From: Eledone cirrhosa
Taxonomy: Eukaryota
NCBI GenBank assembly: GCA_964016885.1
Contig: OZ024757.1
Coordinates: forward strand, 20,460,001-20,524,000
DNA length: 64,000 nucleotides
Direction: 5' to 3'
Notes under the pieces: model-generated
What the model was told of the DNA's origin: nothing
Databases searched by the model: none
What the model saw: only the letters and a program-made list of their open reading frames with translations
Part shown: positions 1 to 13,625 of the stretch, in pieces
How positions within the stretch are numbered: the stretch's first letter is position 1
Layout: every line of letters starts with the position of its first letter
Translations under genes and position numbers: made by a program

Positions 1-829
1 AGACATGCCTTATGTTAGGGCAGGACACCACTGCACTGACTCCATCAGGAGTTACGCGGGGAGGGAGGGAGGGACCACATTACAATAAATAATTAAATAA
101 ACAAATAGAGACATACTTACTGAATGAAAAAGAAATCAGTCAGTGAAAGGGACTGCTGTTATGTCCATGGTGGTGTTTGTATTGATGATAGAGAAATAAA
201 GAGCTATTGAAGTAGACAGTGTAATGTGGCTGGGAGAGAGAGAGAGGAAGATGACAGTACAGTGATGTTGTTGTGGTGGTGGTGTTGCTACTGTTATGTT
301 GTGGTGGTGCTGTTGCTACTGTTGTAGTTGTGGTTATTGTAAATGGACAGATATAAAGTGATATTGAACGAAATGTGGATGGAAGAAAAGAAGTTAACAG
401 TTTAGTGGTGTTGTTATTGTTACAATGGCAGTGTTGTTACTACTGCCAAGAGGTCAGTCAGGAAAGAAGGAAAGCTAACTATTTAGTTTATAAAACTGTA
501 CAGAAAGATTTCTTTCTCTCTTTTTTTTTCTTCCAACTAAAATCTACACTCTCTTGTATCATGGTGCCTTGCCATACTTTCCTCCCTCCGAAATTTACTC
601 CCCACATATAGTTCCTTTCTGTTTCGTCTTGGCTATTGTAATCCTTTTCCTTGTTTTCTTTATATGAATAAAAGTAACACCCACATATCTCTCTGTCTCT
701 CGCATATACATACATACATATATATATATATATACAGATATATATATATATATATATACGAGAGATATATATGTTGATTTAAGACTTCACTGCTTGCAAG
801 TGTTTTTTAAGCTTCATACCATGTCTCCC

Positions 830-900
830 TATTTTATCTGATGAGAACGCAAATATCATCCCATGATGATATTTGTTTTTGAAATGCGCATAATAAAATA
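830..900 (+). ncRNA. Type I minimal hammerhead ribozyme motif (Penelope-like)
   Basis: Stem I tattttat/ataaaata; CTGATGA 838-844; stem II caaatatcatc/gatgatatttg; GAAA 881-884; palindromic stem III ATGCGCAT; AUA triplet, predicted cut after 892. Confidence 0.8.
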
Positions 901-935
901 CATGGAACTCTATTAACCATCTTTTGATCTTATAT

Positions 936-1000
<65 letters not shown>

Positions 1001-1035
1001 GTGTGTGTGTGTGTGTGTGAGTGTGTGTGTGTGAG

Positions 1036-1066
<31 letters not shown>

Positions 1067-2429
1067 GTATGTATAGAACATGTACATGAATATATGTATA
1101 TGTGTACATATATGTTTATAAATGTGTATGTATATATATATATATCATCATCATCATTTTACGTCCGCTTTTCCCTGCTTGCAAGGGTTGGACGGGTCTT
1201 ATTCAGCACAGCATCTCTCCACTTGTCACGGTCCTTCGTCATCTCCTCGCACAAAGGAACTGACACAGACACAAGGGGTTGAGGGTACTGGAAGGATTTC
1301 TTTCTTTTTTTTTTTTTTTTTTTTGTTGTTTAAGACAGTTGATAGATAATCCTAGAACATGTGGTAATCAACTGCAATAAAGATGCAGTAGCTGACAAAA
1401 TACACACTCCACCACTACTACTACTACTACTGCCACCACTGCTACTGCTACTACTACTATTACTACTGCCACCACCACTGCTACTACTACTACTATTACT
1501 GCCACCACCACTGCTACTGCTACTACTACTACTACCACCACTGCCACCATAACTACTACAACTACAACCACAGCTACTGCAATCTCCACTGCTACACAGT
1601 TACTTGATCTCTAACCCTAGTTATTACACACTGCACACATGGGCTGAGAACTGAACAGTGTGGCAGAGAGAGGGAGGGAGAGAAGGAGAGAGGGGGGAGA
1701 GGAGAGAGAGAGAATAAACATTATTGTACACAATAATTTTCATTATTTACACTCACTCTCACACACACAAATACATATTTAAGTACACATACACACAAAC
1801 ATGTAATATCAGAGAGGGTGGAGAAGTGACCATTAAAACAAAAGCATTTAAAAGGGACAGAGAAAGGGATGGAAAGAGAGTGATGCCAGAGACAAAAATA
1901 AAACATTCGTCCAGCAGGAGTCAGTTGATGAGGTGGGAAGGCTCTATGATAGAAACAGCAGCTAAACCTATTATATTTCTTCATCAAACCCACACTGTTC
2001 CTTATTGTCTTTAAATATAAAGGGACACTGGACAACAATGTAGTTGGTTTTTGAGCCAGTCAATGAGGAAGGGAAGGCTCTGTGCTAGAAACAGCAGCTA
2101 AATCTACTTTATTTCCTCATCAAACCACACCCTTACTGTCTTTAAATATAGAGGGACAACAATATAGTTAGTCCTTGACATAAGTAACAGGCAGGATTGT
2201 CATGGCTAGCTTGGAAAGGAAAAACAAAATAGCTTTTGATCCCTAGGTCTTCTGGCCTGGGTTTGAACAACAGTTACTGTTTCCTATTGCTGTTGTTGTT
2301 ATTGTTGTAGCAGTAGTTGTTGTAGTATAGGCAAATTATATTATTTGATAGTACTAGAAAGATCCAATGAAACCAGCTGGGACTAGCTGGGAGAAACTGG
2401 GTCCTACATGAACCAGCTGAGAGCAGGTG

Positions 2430-2810
2430 GGACCAAACTGAGAGCAGCTAGATCCCGCAGGGACCAAACTGAGAGCAGCTAGATCCCGCAGGGACCAAAC
2501 TGAGACCAGCTAGATCCTACAGGGACCAAACTGAGACCAGCTAGATCCTGCAGGGACCAAACTGAGAGCAGCTAAATCCTTCAGGGACCAAACTGAGACC
2601 AGCTAGATCCTGCAGGGACCAAACAGAGACCAAACAGAGACCAGCTAGATTCTGCAGGGACCAGCTAGATGCTGCAGGGACCAGCTAGATGCTGCAGGGA
2701 CCAGCTAGATACTGCAGGGACCAGCTAGATGCTGCAGGGACCAAACTGAGAGCAGCTAGATCCTTCAGGGACCAAACTGAGAGCAGCTAGATCCTGCAGG
2801 GACCAAACAG
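2430..2810. repeat. Minisatellite, 31-bp unit with 20-bp variants
   Basis: gggaccaaactgagagcagctagatcccgca repeated; internal gggaccagctagatgctgca run. Confidence 0.9.
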
Positions 2811-3039
2811 GAACCAAGCTGAGTTCAGCTGAGCCGACAAATAAAATCCAGGAGAGACAGTGGATGGTAGATAATCCTATTTTCTGAATGTGTTAAGTTG
2901 TTAGGCATAACATTTAACTAGAGTCAGTCTAGTAGCAGCTGTAGCAGCAGTAACTAGGTGGTGGAGGAGGAGATGTGTTGTGAAGTGTGTATTGGAGATG
3001 GAAAGATACAATGATGATGATGATGATGATGATGATAAT

Positions 3040-3970
3040 AGAGTGATAGAGATGACAAAGGCATATGATAATAGTAACAATGGTGATGATGATGATGGTG
3101 ATGAAATGGTGATAGAGATGACAAAAGAGAGGGCGATAACAGCGATGGTGATGGTGATGTTGATGGTGATGATATGGTGATAGAGATGACAAAAGAGAGG
3201 GCGATAACAGCGATGGTGATGGTGATGTTGATGGTGATGATATGGTGATAGAGATGACAAAAGAGAGGGCGATAACAGCGATGGTGATGGTGATGTTGAT
3301 GGTGATGATATGGTGATAGAGATGACAAAAGAGAGGGCGATAACAGCGATGGTGATGGTGATGATGATGGTGATGGTGATGGTGGTGATGATGGTGATGA
3401 TATGGTGATAGAGGTGTCAAAAGAGAGGGCAATAACAGCGATGGTGATGGTGGTGATGTTGATGGTGATGATATGGTGATAGAGATGACAAAAGAGAGGG
3501 CGATAACAGCGATGGTGATGGTGGTGATGTTGATGGTGATGATATGGTGATAGAGATGACAAAAGAGAGGGCGATAACAGCGATGGTGATGGTGATGATG
3601 ATGGTGATGGTGATGGTGGTGATGATGGTGATGATATGGTGATGATATGGTGATAGAGGTGTCAAAAGAGAGGGCAATAACAGCGATGGTGATGGTGGTG
3701 ATGTTGATGGTGATGATATGGTGATAGAGATGACAAAAGAGAGGGCGATAACAGCGATGGTGATGGTGGTGATGTTGATGGTGATGATATGGTGATAGAG
3801 ATGACAAAAGAGAGGGCGATAACAGCGATGGTGATGGTGGTGATGTTGATGGTGATGATATGGTGATAGAGATGACAAAAGAGAGGGCGATAACAGCGAT
3901 GGTGATGGTGGTGATATGGTGATAGAGATGACAAAAGAGAGGGCGATAACAGCGATGGTGATGGTGATGA
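3040..3970. repeat. Minisatellite, 61-64-bp GAT-rich unit
   Basis: gatatggtgatagagatgacaaaagagagggcgataacagcgatggtgatggtg.. about 13 copies; source of the His-rich spurious ORFs. Confidence 0.9.
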
Positions 3971-4871
3971 AACTGATAACAACAAATGGAGGGAGGGTGA
4001 TGATAGTGATGGTGGTGATAATGATGATGATAGTGATTATTATAATGATAGCTCAGCTAACAATGAGATTCTGTTGTATTGTTTTTGTTTTTGTTTTAGT
4101 ATAGAGCAGGAAGAGGAGGGGGGAGGGGGGACGAAGGGAGGGGGTGTTCATATTGTCGTTGCTTTTTCAACTTATTGATGAAGTCACCGGTGATGGAATA
4201 CATTCTATTGATATTATTATTTAAAAAATAAGAAATAATAATTATTACTATGATATATTTATTTCTTCTTTGTATAAATGTCAACTACTTAATGAGAAGA
4301 AGTAATTATATCATCATCATTATCATCATATTACGTCTTGTATGGCTTGGATGGACCTTTTCTAACAAAGCCTCTTGCCATGTGTTGTGTTGCTTTCTTA
4401 TCTCCTCTGCGGGGTCCAGTGGTTTCAGATTAGCTCTAACCCCCACCTCTGGTCAAGTCATCAGCTACCTTACCTTCCACTAGAAATTCCTGGCACCACT
4501 TCTTCACCCAGTGATAATTACCCGTATGCATCGCATGTCCATACCAGCGCAATCCTCTCCTGCACATCGCATCCAACTTCTCCTATACACACCCCCTCTC
4601 TCAGCTCAGCTCAGCTCAGCTCAGCTCAGCTCATCCATGCTTCACCACACATCCATCAGAGCATGCCCAACCTGTTGCCATCCAGCCTCTGTATATCCGC
4701 TTCTTTCACTGCTCATGTTTCCCCCACTGTGCAACATCCACAGGCATCATACAGCAGTTATTTTCATCATACCCTTTGTTGTCAACAGAAATAGTAGTTC
4801 CTACAACTTTTTCCATTCAGTTCTCATTCTAGCTACTATTCTTTCAGAGCAGGTGCCTCCTGGGTAACAGA

Positions 4872-4908
<37 letters not shown>

Positions 4909-5224
4909 AGACAGTCCTATGCGAGCAAGACAATCACTCTTGCCTCAAGTGGGAAAACCCCCGTCCAAACCCATGCAAGCGTGGAACACGGATGTTAAAC
5001 GTTGATGATGATGATGATGATGATGATATATATATATAATGAAGGAAATGTGGTACGGAACCAGATGGACCATAACGCACCAAAGTACTCAATACTTATG
5101 GTAGTAGAGTGGGTAATAGGAACGAGTAGGACCCCGACGGCAGAGCTCAAGCCGTTTCGACGGCTAATTCTGGACTCATATGGCCTACTGCATACGGACG
5201 CATTGAAATTATGCTAAGAATATG

Positions 5225-5582
5225 AAGCTAGGAAGTAAAAGAAGGACATTATTTGCCCCAAATCTGTCAAAATAAGCAGAAGTCTTCAATAATTAATGCA
5301 AACGAATATATTTGGTGAAAAGGTTATCTCCCTTTTTTATAAGGATTGTCAATAAAGTTTCTTATCTCCCTTACATCAATTTTTCTACCAATAATTTTGA
5401 TATCGATTTTTTATTGCTCAACCTGGGTCGATTTGAAAAATGTTTGTGATGTGACAATCTTAGCGACCTGTGCAACGTGCACAGAAAATTTGGTCAAATT
5501 CAGTTGGTAATTGTGAAAGCCTTATGCATGCCAAGTTATACACAGACACACACACATCCTCGCTTTTATATATATAAAGATA
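5225..5582 (+). mobile_element. Possible HINE/DINE-1-like non-autonomous element remnant
   Basis: End pattern aaatttggtcaaatt..acacagacacacac..gcttttatatatataaagat; similar end at about 29025-29230. Confidence 0.35.
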
Positions 5583-6154
5583 TCATCATCACCGTTTTAC
5601 GTCCGTTTTTCCACGCTATATATATATAACCCGTAGATCAAATATTTATTATTGCTTTCACCCTATTTCAAGATCTTCTGAAACTGAGAAAAAGCAATCT
5701 GTAGATGCAGATTATATATATATAGTGTTAAACAATGAAAGAATAAGATGTTGTGAAATAGTTAATTAATCTATTGCTTTACGATCATTTTAGTGTGCAG
5801 ACCAATTAATAGTAGTTATGCAACTCCAAAGCATTAGCCTTGAAAAAACACATCTACTCTGCTGTCTGTTGTCAGAAACAATGGATGGATCAGATTTTAA
5901 CTAAATATGAAGAAAATGTAGAAAACCAAATCAGAGAAAATAACCGTAAACATAGTCATTTGCTATAAATAATAGCTTAGAGAATTGGGTAAAATACCCA
6001 TATAGCCAGAAAAAAGTGGCCAGCTACCTGAAAGCAACCTTAGTTCTATGACACTAGTTGTTTATTCTCAAAGGTTTATATTTATCTAAAAACCTTCCAT
6101 CATATTTCTATGTAAAACCGTTTTTATTTTAAAGTTTTACTCCAAACACTTAAT

Positions 6155-6670
6155 AATTATTTCTACTTTTGGTACAAGGCCAGCAATTACCCCAGTGCAT
6201 TACTGGTACTTTATTTTATCGACCCCGTAAGGATGTAAAGCAATTATAATAATTGTTTCTACTTTTGGCACAAGGCCAGCAATTACCCCAGTGCATTACT
6301 GGTACTCTATTTTATCGACCCCCGTAAGAATGAAAGGCAAAGTTAACCTCGGCAGGATTTGGACTCAGACCGTAAAGGGACGTAACTCTATGCTGGAAAG
6401 CATAGCGTCCGACCCTCTACCAATACTGCCAATTCACCTACAATCACTTAATAATTGTTTCTACTTTAGGCACAAGGCCAGCAATTACCCCAGTACATTA
6501 CCGGTACTTTATTTTATCGACCCCGTAAGGATGAAAGGCAAAGTTATAATAATAATTGTTTCTACTTTAGGCACAAGGCCAGCAATTACCCAGTACATTA
6601 CCGGTACTTTATTTTATCGACCCCGTAAGGATGAAAGGCAAAGTTAACCTCAGCGGGATTTGAGCTCAGA
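6155..6670 (-). mobile_element. Cluster of tRNA-derived SINE copies with a Deu/Nin-like central domain
   Basis: Repeated ctttgcctttcatccttacggggtcgataaaataaagtacc domain and ggccttgtgccaaaagtagaaacaatt tail on the minus strand. Confidence 0.8.
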
Positions 6671-7379
6671 CTGGAGAAAGTTAGCTATATTACTAAACTT
6701 CTCCAAATTCTTTTAATTATTTTCAGAATTATTTGAAAATCACAGGCAGTGTCTTTCATTAGAAATATGGTAACAAAAGGGTTAAGACTCTATCACTGCT
6801 GCTGCCAACCCCCAACTTTACTCCACAACTGTTTATTTGTAACAGCCACTAAACACAGCGCAAACAATGGCATGCTCCTTCACACCCCCCACATCTCATC
6901 TCCTCATACCCAACTAATCTCATCTCCTCTCCTCTCCCACTTTAAAAAATTCATTATTTACCATTGATTACTGTACCATATTAACATAATTTAATATGAT
7001 GAAAGAAATTAGTTTATTTTGAGAGGGAGGAGGAAGGGGAGAGGAGGGGAGGCTGTTTAGGTTTTATATTTTCATGTTTTAGATGTGTAGTAAAATGATA
7101 AAACTCTTGAAGATGATGGTGTTGGTGGAGGAGATGATAGTGGTGGTGGTGGAGGTGATGATAGTGGTGGTGGTGGAGGAGATGATAGTGGTGGTGGTGG
7201 AGGAGATGATAGTGGTGGTGGTGGTGTGTAATAAAGGTTGCAGTGATGATGGCAGTAACGGAACTAATGAATACGATGATGGTGATGATGATGATGATGA
7301 TATGTTGGTGGTGGTGGTGGTGGAGGTGATTGTAATAAAGGTTGCAGTGATGATGACAGTAACGGAACTAATGAATACA

Positions 7380-7412
<33 letters not shown>

Positions 7413-7597
7413 GTGATGGAGATGACAGTGGTGGTGGTGGTGGTGGTGGTGGAGGTCTGTAATAAAGGTTGCAGTGATGATGACAGAAACGGAACTAATG
7501 ACTACAATGGTGGTGATGATGGTGATGGTGTTGGTGATGATGGTGTTGGTGTTAATGGGGTTGATGATGATGAAAATCCATATATATAAATATAAAT

Positions 7598-7630
<33 letters not shown>

Positions 7631-7769
7631 TTTACATCCGCTTTTCCCCTGCTTATATGTGTGTGAGTATGTATGTGTAATAAACTAGATCCCATTACTA
7701 GAATTGTGTGTATGTGAGTTTGTGTGCCTGCATGTGTATGTGTGTGTGGATGAAAACACACAGAACCCT

Positions 7770-8310
7770 ATCATCATCATCATTTTACGTCCGCTTTTCC
7801 CTGATTGCAAGGGTGGGACGGGAACTGATCCTGGCTTGATTTCTACAGCTGGATGCCCTTCCTAACACCAACCTCATTTACAGTGAGTGCTGGGTGCTTT
7901 TTTACTGTGGCACCCCCACGACCACTTTGCAGTGAGTGCTGGGTGCTTTTTTGCCGTGGAACCTCCACAACCACTTTGCAGTGAGTGCTGGGTGCTTTTT
8001 TGCCGTGGAACCTCCACGACCACTTTGCAGTGAGTGCTGAGTGCTTTTTTGCCGTGGAATCTCCACGACCACTTTGCAGTGTGGGCTGGGTGCTTTTTTG
8101 CTGTGGCACCTCCACGACCACTTTGCAGTGAGTGCTGGGTGCTTTTTTGCTGTGGCACCTCCACGACCACTTTGCAGTGTGGGCTGGGTGCTTTTTTGCT
8201 GTGGCACCTCCACGACCACTTTGCAGTGGATTGATATGGACCCCAGTCCTATCATCTCATTTCTACAGCTGAGTAAACTGGAGCAATGTGAAATAAAGTA
8301 TCTTGCTGAT
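7770..8310 (-). mobile_element. CORE-like SINE with an internal 49-bp x7 tandem expansion (7881-8228)
   Basis: Same family as 10104-10442; unit cagtgagtgctgggtgcttttttgccgtggaacctccacgaccactttg. Confidence 0.85.
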
Positions 8311-8619
8311 TTTTAACAGTTATCCCATGGAGCCAGTTGATATGAGAATACACCACATATAGTTATTTGATATTAGAATATATTGATTTAAAAAAAAGAT
8401 ATTTCATTTGGTATTATGTTGTTGGGCCTAGTTATGGATCTAACTCAAACATTGTATATATTTATCTGTGTGTAGAGTAAGGAATGTATATTGATATACT
8501 ATATCAGCAGTGGAAATATCAATGCAGTGTGTGATAGCATTATATATATGGAAACACACATCTCCGTATACATCACACACACACGCACACTTCTGTATGT
8601 CCATACACACACATCCATA

Positions 8620-9945
8620 TGCCCACACATAAACATCTGTATGTCCACAAACACACACACACACATCTGTATGTCCACAAACACACACACACACATCTGT
8701 ATGTCCACAAACACACACACACACACACATCTGTATGTCCACAAACACACACACACACACACATCTGTATGTCCACGCACACATCTATATGTCCACACAC
8801 ACACCCACCCACACACACATCTGTATGTCCACACACACACATCTGCATGTCCACACACACACACACACATCTGTATGTCCACACACACACATATCTGTAC
8901 GTCCACACACACATATCTGTACATCCACACACACACACACACACATCTCTATGTCCACACACACACAAACATACACATCTGTATGTCCACACACACACAC
9001 ATCTCTACGTCCACACACACACACACACACACACACATATCTACGTCCACACACACACACACATCTGTACGTCCACACACACACACACACACATCTGTAC
9101 ATCCACACACACACATCTCTATGTCCACACACACACACACATCTGTACATCCACACACACACATCTGTACGTCCACACACACACACACACACATCTGTAC
9201 ATCCACACACACACATCTGTACATCCACACACACACATCTGTACGTCCACACACACACACACACACATCTGTACATCCACAAACACACATCTCTATGTCC
9301 ACACACACACACACATCTGTACGTCCACACACACACATACATCTGTACATCCACACACACACATCTGTACGTCCACACACACACACACACACACATCTGT
9401 ACGTCCACACACACACACACACACACACATCTGTATATATCCAACAACAACAATGATGTCATAGGAAGCAATATATTCACCAGTAAACTGTTATAGTGGC
9501 AAGAATGTATTGTACTAGTGTTGGTACTTAAACATTTAGTAGTAGTAGTAATGTATATATGTGTGTGGCTGTATGTGTGTGTGTGTGGCTATGTTGGTGG
9601 CTGTGTATGTGTGTGTGGCTATGTTGGTGGCTGTATATATGTGTGTGTGGCTGTGTATGTGTGTGTGGCTATGTTGGTGGCTGTATATGTGTGTGTGGCT
9701 ATGTTGGTGGCTGTATATGTGTGTGTGTGTGGCTATGTTGGTGGTTGTGTATGTGTGTGTGTGTGGCTATGTTGGTGGTTGTGTATGTGTGTGTGGCTAT
9801 GTTGGTGGTTGTGTATGTGTGTGTGTGTGGCTATGTTGGTGGCTGTGTATGTATATATGTGTGTGGCTATGTTGGTGGCTGTGTATATGTGTGTGTGTGG
9901 CTATGTTGGTGGTTGTGTATGTGTGTGGCTTTGTTGGTGGCATAT
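8620..9945. repeat. Compound CA/GT minisatellites
   Basis: acatctgtacgtcc(ac)n at 8620-9435 and gtgtgtggctatgttggtggct at 9560-9945. Confidence 0.9.
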
Positions 9946-10103
9946 AGCTTCTGTACATTGTCAATTTGTATTGGAAATGTAGAGGGAATATTGAAGAAAT
10001 GATAGATGGGGGGGGGGGGGGGTAGATGGTTGAATGGGTGGATTGTTGGGTAATAGAGAGAAAGCCATGTATATATATATATATAATACAGTATATATGT
10101 ATA

Positions 10104-10442
10104 TCATCATCATCATCATTTTACGTCCACTTTTCCCTGCTTGCAAGGGTGGGACGGGAACTGATTCTGGCTTGATTTCTACAGCTGGATGCCCTTCCTA
10201 ACACCAACCTCATTTACAGTGAGTGCTGGGTGCTTTTTTGCCGTGGCACCTCCACGACCACTTTACAGTGGAATGATAGGGACCCCAGTCCCTATCATCT
10301 CATTTCTACAGCTGAGTAAACTGGAGCAATGTGAAATAAAGTGTCTTGCTCAAGGAAACAACACATCACCCGGTCTGAGAATTGAACTCACAACCTTTCG
10401 ATTGCAAGGCCAATGCTCTAACAAACTAAGCCATGTGCCTCC
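10104..10442 (-). mobile_element. Full-length tRNA-derived CORE-like SINE with RTE-type tail; further copies at about 21030-21402, 26325-26660, 27082-27345, 33127-33245, 41232-41570 and 58140-58264
   Basis: A-box-like tggcttagt..gttagagc, B-box-like gagttcaattc, ccttgagcaagacacttta domain, and tail cccttgcaagcagggaaaagcggacgtaaaa(tga)n. Confidence 0.85.
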
Positions 10443-10580
10443 ATCATATATATATATATATATATATATACAGTATATATACCGTATTATGAAGAGCCCA
10501 GTACTTATTCCTTGAGTTCCTTATATTACAGGGGATTAACGCGAGTCTTTAACTCCGTTTTTTCATTTTATATATATATA

Positions 10581-11125
10581 TGGATGGTTGGTTGGGTAGT
10601 TGGTTGGTTGGGTAGTTGGTTGGATGGTTGGGTAGTTGGATGGTTGGGTAGTTGGTTGGTTGGGTAGTTGGGTAGTTGGATGGTTGGGTAGTTGGATGGT
10701 TGGGTAGTTGGTTGGTTGGGTAGTTGGGTAGTTGGATGGTTGGTTGGTTGGATGGGTAGTTGGTTGGTTGGTTGGTTGGTTGGATGGTTGGGTAGTTGGT
10801 TGGTTGGATGGTTGGTTGGTTGGTTGGTTGGTTGGATGGTTGGGTAGTTGGTTGGTTGGATGGTTGGTTGAATGGTTGGGTAGTTGGTTGGTTGGGTAGT
10901 TGGATGGTTGGTTGGTTGAATGGTTGGGTAGTTGGATGGTTGGTTGGTTGAATGGTTGGGTAGTTGGATGGATGGTTGGTTGGTTGGTTGGTTGGTTGGG
11001 TAGTTGGATGGTTGGTTGGTTGGGTAGTTGGATGGTTGGTTGGTTGGGTAGTTGGTTGGTTGGGTAGTTGGTTGGTTGGGTAGTTGGATGGTTGGGTAGT
11101 TGGATGGTTGGGTAGTTGGATGGGT
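10581..11125. repeat. (GGTT)n/(GGTAGTT)n simple repeat
   Basis: Direct inspection. Confidence 0.95.
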
Positions 11126-11394
11126 AGATATAGGGATGGACAGATGGTTGAGTGATAGATAAAAAGATAGATGATTGGATGTTTTGGTGACAGAAAGAGA
11201 CATGAATAAATAAATAAATAAATAGCTAGATAAATGTATGGATAGACTGACAGGTTAGAGATATATGAATATATGAATATATGTATGTATAAATGTATGG
11301 ATGGATAGATAACTTTCTTTTTATTTGCCACCAGGGTGTCAAAGAGTGGGACAACTACAATGGGGGGGGAGGGGTTTACATAGATAGATAGATA

Positions 11395-11875
11395 TATCAT
11401 CATCATCATTTTACGTCCGCTTTTCCCTGCTTGCAAGGGTGGGACGGGTCTTATTCAGCACAGCATCTCTCCACTCGTCACGGTCCTTCGTCATCTCCAC
11501 CGTGAGCTTCAGCGATCTGAGGTCTGTTCTCACCACCTCCGCCCATGTTTTTCGTGGTCTACCTCTACCACGTCTTCCTTCAACTGGCATTTCCTGGCAC
11601 TTCTTCACCCATCGGTCATCCTCCATGCGCACCACATGTCCATACCACCTCAGTCTCCTCTCCCGTACACTACATTCTATCCCTCTCAGACACAGTTTCT
11701 CTCTCAACACATTCATGCTGGGTCGTTCTCGCACATTTACACTGCACATCCAACGGAGCATGCTTGCCTCATTTCTCTCCAGCCGTCGCATATCCTCTGC
11801 AGTTGCTGCCCATGTCTCACTACCATGCAGCATCTCGCTCCTCACACAGGCATCATACAACCGGCCTTTCGTACT
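11395..11875 (-). mobile_element. RTE-clade LINE, 5'-truncated 3' end
   Basis: YDACVRSEMLHGSETW..RLRWYGHVVRM..GRGRPRKTW followed by (TGA)n tail; related copies at 1145-1249, 4340-4800 and 49465-49835. Confidence 0.9.
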
Positions 11876-12039
11876 ATATGGATGAACATATTAATAGCTG
11901 GGTATGTACATGAGTGTACAGATGGATACATGGATAGATAGCTAAACTGATGGATGGCTGCATATAGAGAGAGATAAATGGATGGATAGAGGCTTGGATG
12001 GATTAATGGAGGGACAGGTTGTCATGGAGACAGAGTCCT

Positions 12040-13200
12040 CCAACACTCTTTTCAGTGGGTCCTGTCAGAAACAACTGTCTCCAATTGATTCTGCCCTCCA
12101 CCCCCAAGCATAACAAGCCAAGCTCATGGATGTTATCCAACCATCTTGCTCAGGGTCAACACCTGGGTCTCCAACCGGTTGGTTTTTGTCTGTAAAATCT
12201 GTCCAGCAATTCTTTCCTGAGACATTCTAACCACATGTCCATAGTATCGCAGCTGTGATCTCTCAGTTCGGAGAAGTAGCAGCTCTACCTGGAGTGTCTC
12301 TCTGATCTCCGAGCTACACATTCTTTCCTGAGACATTCTAACCACATGTCCATAGTATCAGAGCTGTGATCTCTCAATTCAGAGAAGTAGCAGCTCTACC
12401 TGGAGTGACTCTCTGGTCTCCGAGCTACACATTCTTTCCTGAGACATTCTAACCACATGTCCATAGTATCAGAGCTGTGATCTCTCAATTCAGAGAAGTA
12501 ACAGCTCTACCTGGAGTGACTCTCTGGTCTCCGAGCTACACATTCTTTCCTGAGACATTCTAACCACATGTCCATAGTATCAGAGCTGTGATCTCTCAAT
12601 TTGAAGAAGTAACAGCTCTATCTGGAGTAACTCTCTGATCTCCGAGCTACACATTCTTTCCTGAGACATTCTAACCACATGTCCATAGTATCGGAGCTGA
12701 GATCTCTCAATTCAGAGAAGTAGCAGCTCTACCTGGAGTGTCTCTCTGATCTCTGAGCTACACATTCTTTCTTGAGACATTCTAACCACATGTCCATAGT
12801 ATCGCAGCTGTCATCTCTCAATTTGGAGAAGTAACAGCTCTATCTGGGGTGAATCTCTGATCTCCAAGCTACACATTCTTTTCCGAGACATTCTAACCAC
12901 ATGTCCAGAGCATTGGAGCTGTGATCTCTCAGTTTGGAGTAGTGGCTCTACCTGGAGTGACTCTCTGATCGAGTAACCTTACTCCAAAGACCATTTCAGC
13001 CGCATTCAGCTTGTATTCGTGAACCAATTATTTCAAAAAATCAAGCAACCTAAATGGAGTAATGTTACTCAATAGGGTAATGTTGGAGTTATGTTACTCG
13101 ATATAGTGCGTAGCTTGGAGATCAGACAGTCATTCCAGGTAGAGCCACTACTTCCCCAAATTGAGAGATCATAGCTTTGATACTATAAACATGTGGCTAG
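12040..13200 (-). mobile_element. RTE-like LINE fragment with a 111-bp x about 7 tandem expansion (12209-12970) and an inverted copy (about 13105-13200)
   Basis: Unit encodes RMSQERMCSSEIRETLQVELLLLRTERSQLRYYGHVV; period of 111 measured at 12320, 12431, 12542 and 12653. Confidence 0.85.
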
Positions 13201-13291
13201 ATGATGAATGGTGATATATATATATGGATGTATGACGTCTCAATAAAATCCACTCAGTAGAGTGTGGGACTGCATTATTATTATTATTATT

Positions 13292-13585
13292 GGTGGATTG
13301 GCAGTATCGGTAGAGGGTCGGATGCCATGCTAGGGTGGTGGATTGGCAGAATCGGTAGAGGGTCGGACGCCATGCTAGGGTGGTGGATTGGCAGAATCGG
13401 TAGAGGTTCGGACGCCGTGCTTTGACGCATAGAGTTACGGCTCTTGCCATTCTGAGTTCAAATCCCGCCGAGGTTAACTTTGCCTTTCATCCTTACGGGG
13501 TCGATAAAATAAAGTACCAGTAATGCACTGGGATAATTGCTGGCCTTGTGCCTAAAGTAGAAACAATTATTATTATTATTATTAT
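13292..13585 (+). mobile_element. Deu/Nin-like SINE with a triplicated 45-bp head; further copies at about 15220-15433(-), 15845-16915(+), 27380-27580(+), 27855-28035(-), 28190-28600(+), 32409-32810(+) and 55745-56140(-)
   Basis: Head ggtggattggcag.atcggtagagg.tcgga at 13292, 13337 and 13382; gagttcaaatccc B box; central domain and (TTA)n tail. Confidence 0.85.
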
Positions 13586-13625
13586 GTAAGCAAGATGAAG
13601 ACTTCCAGTCTGTCTGGGTGGTCTG

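Noticed and set aside
112-135. Canonical recursive splice site
   Set aside because: The sequence is cAGTaagt with a single G rather than AG|GT; kept only as a weak alternative-exon candidate
2901-3985. His-rich ORFs
   Set aside because: Translations of a GAT-rich minisatellite in several frames; no splice or homology support
4420-4470. CTGATGA..GAAA on the minus strand as a hammerhead
   Set aside because: No stems form; it lies in decayed RTE coding sequence. The same applies to CTGAnGA hits at about 29322, 34521, 50075 and 55252.
8440-11436. Long HT/CV/PTN-rich ORFs
   Set aside because: Simple-repeat translations, open on both strands
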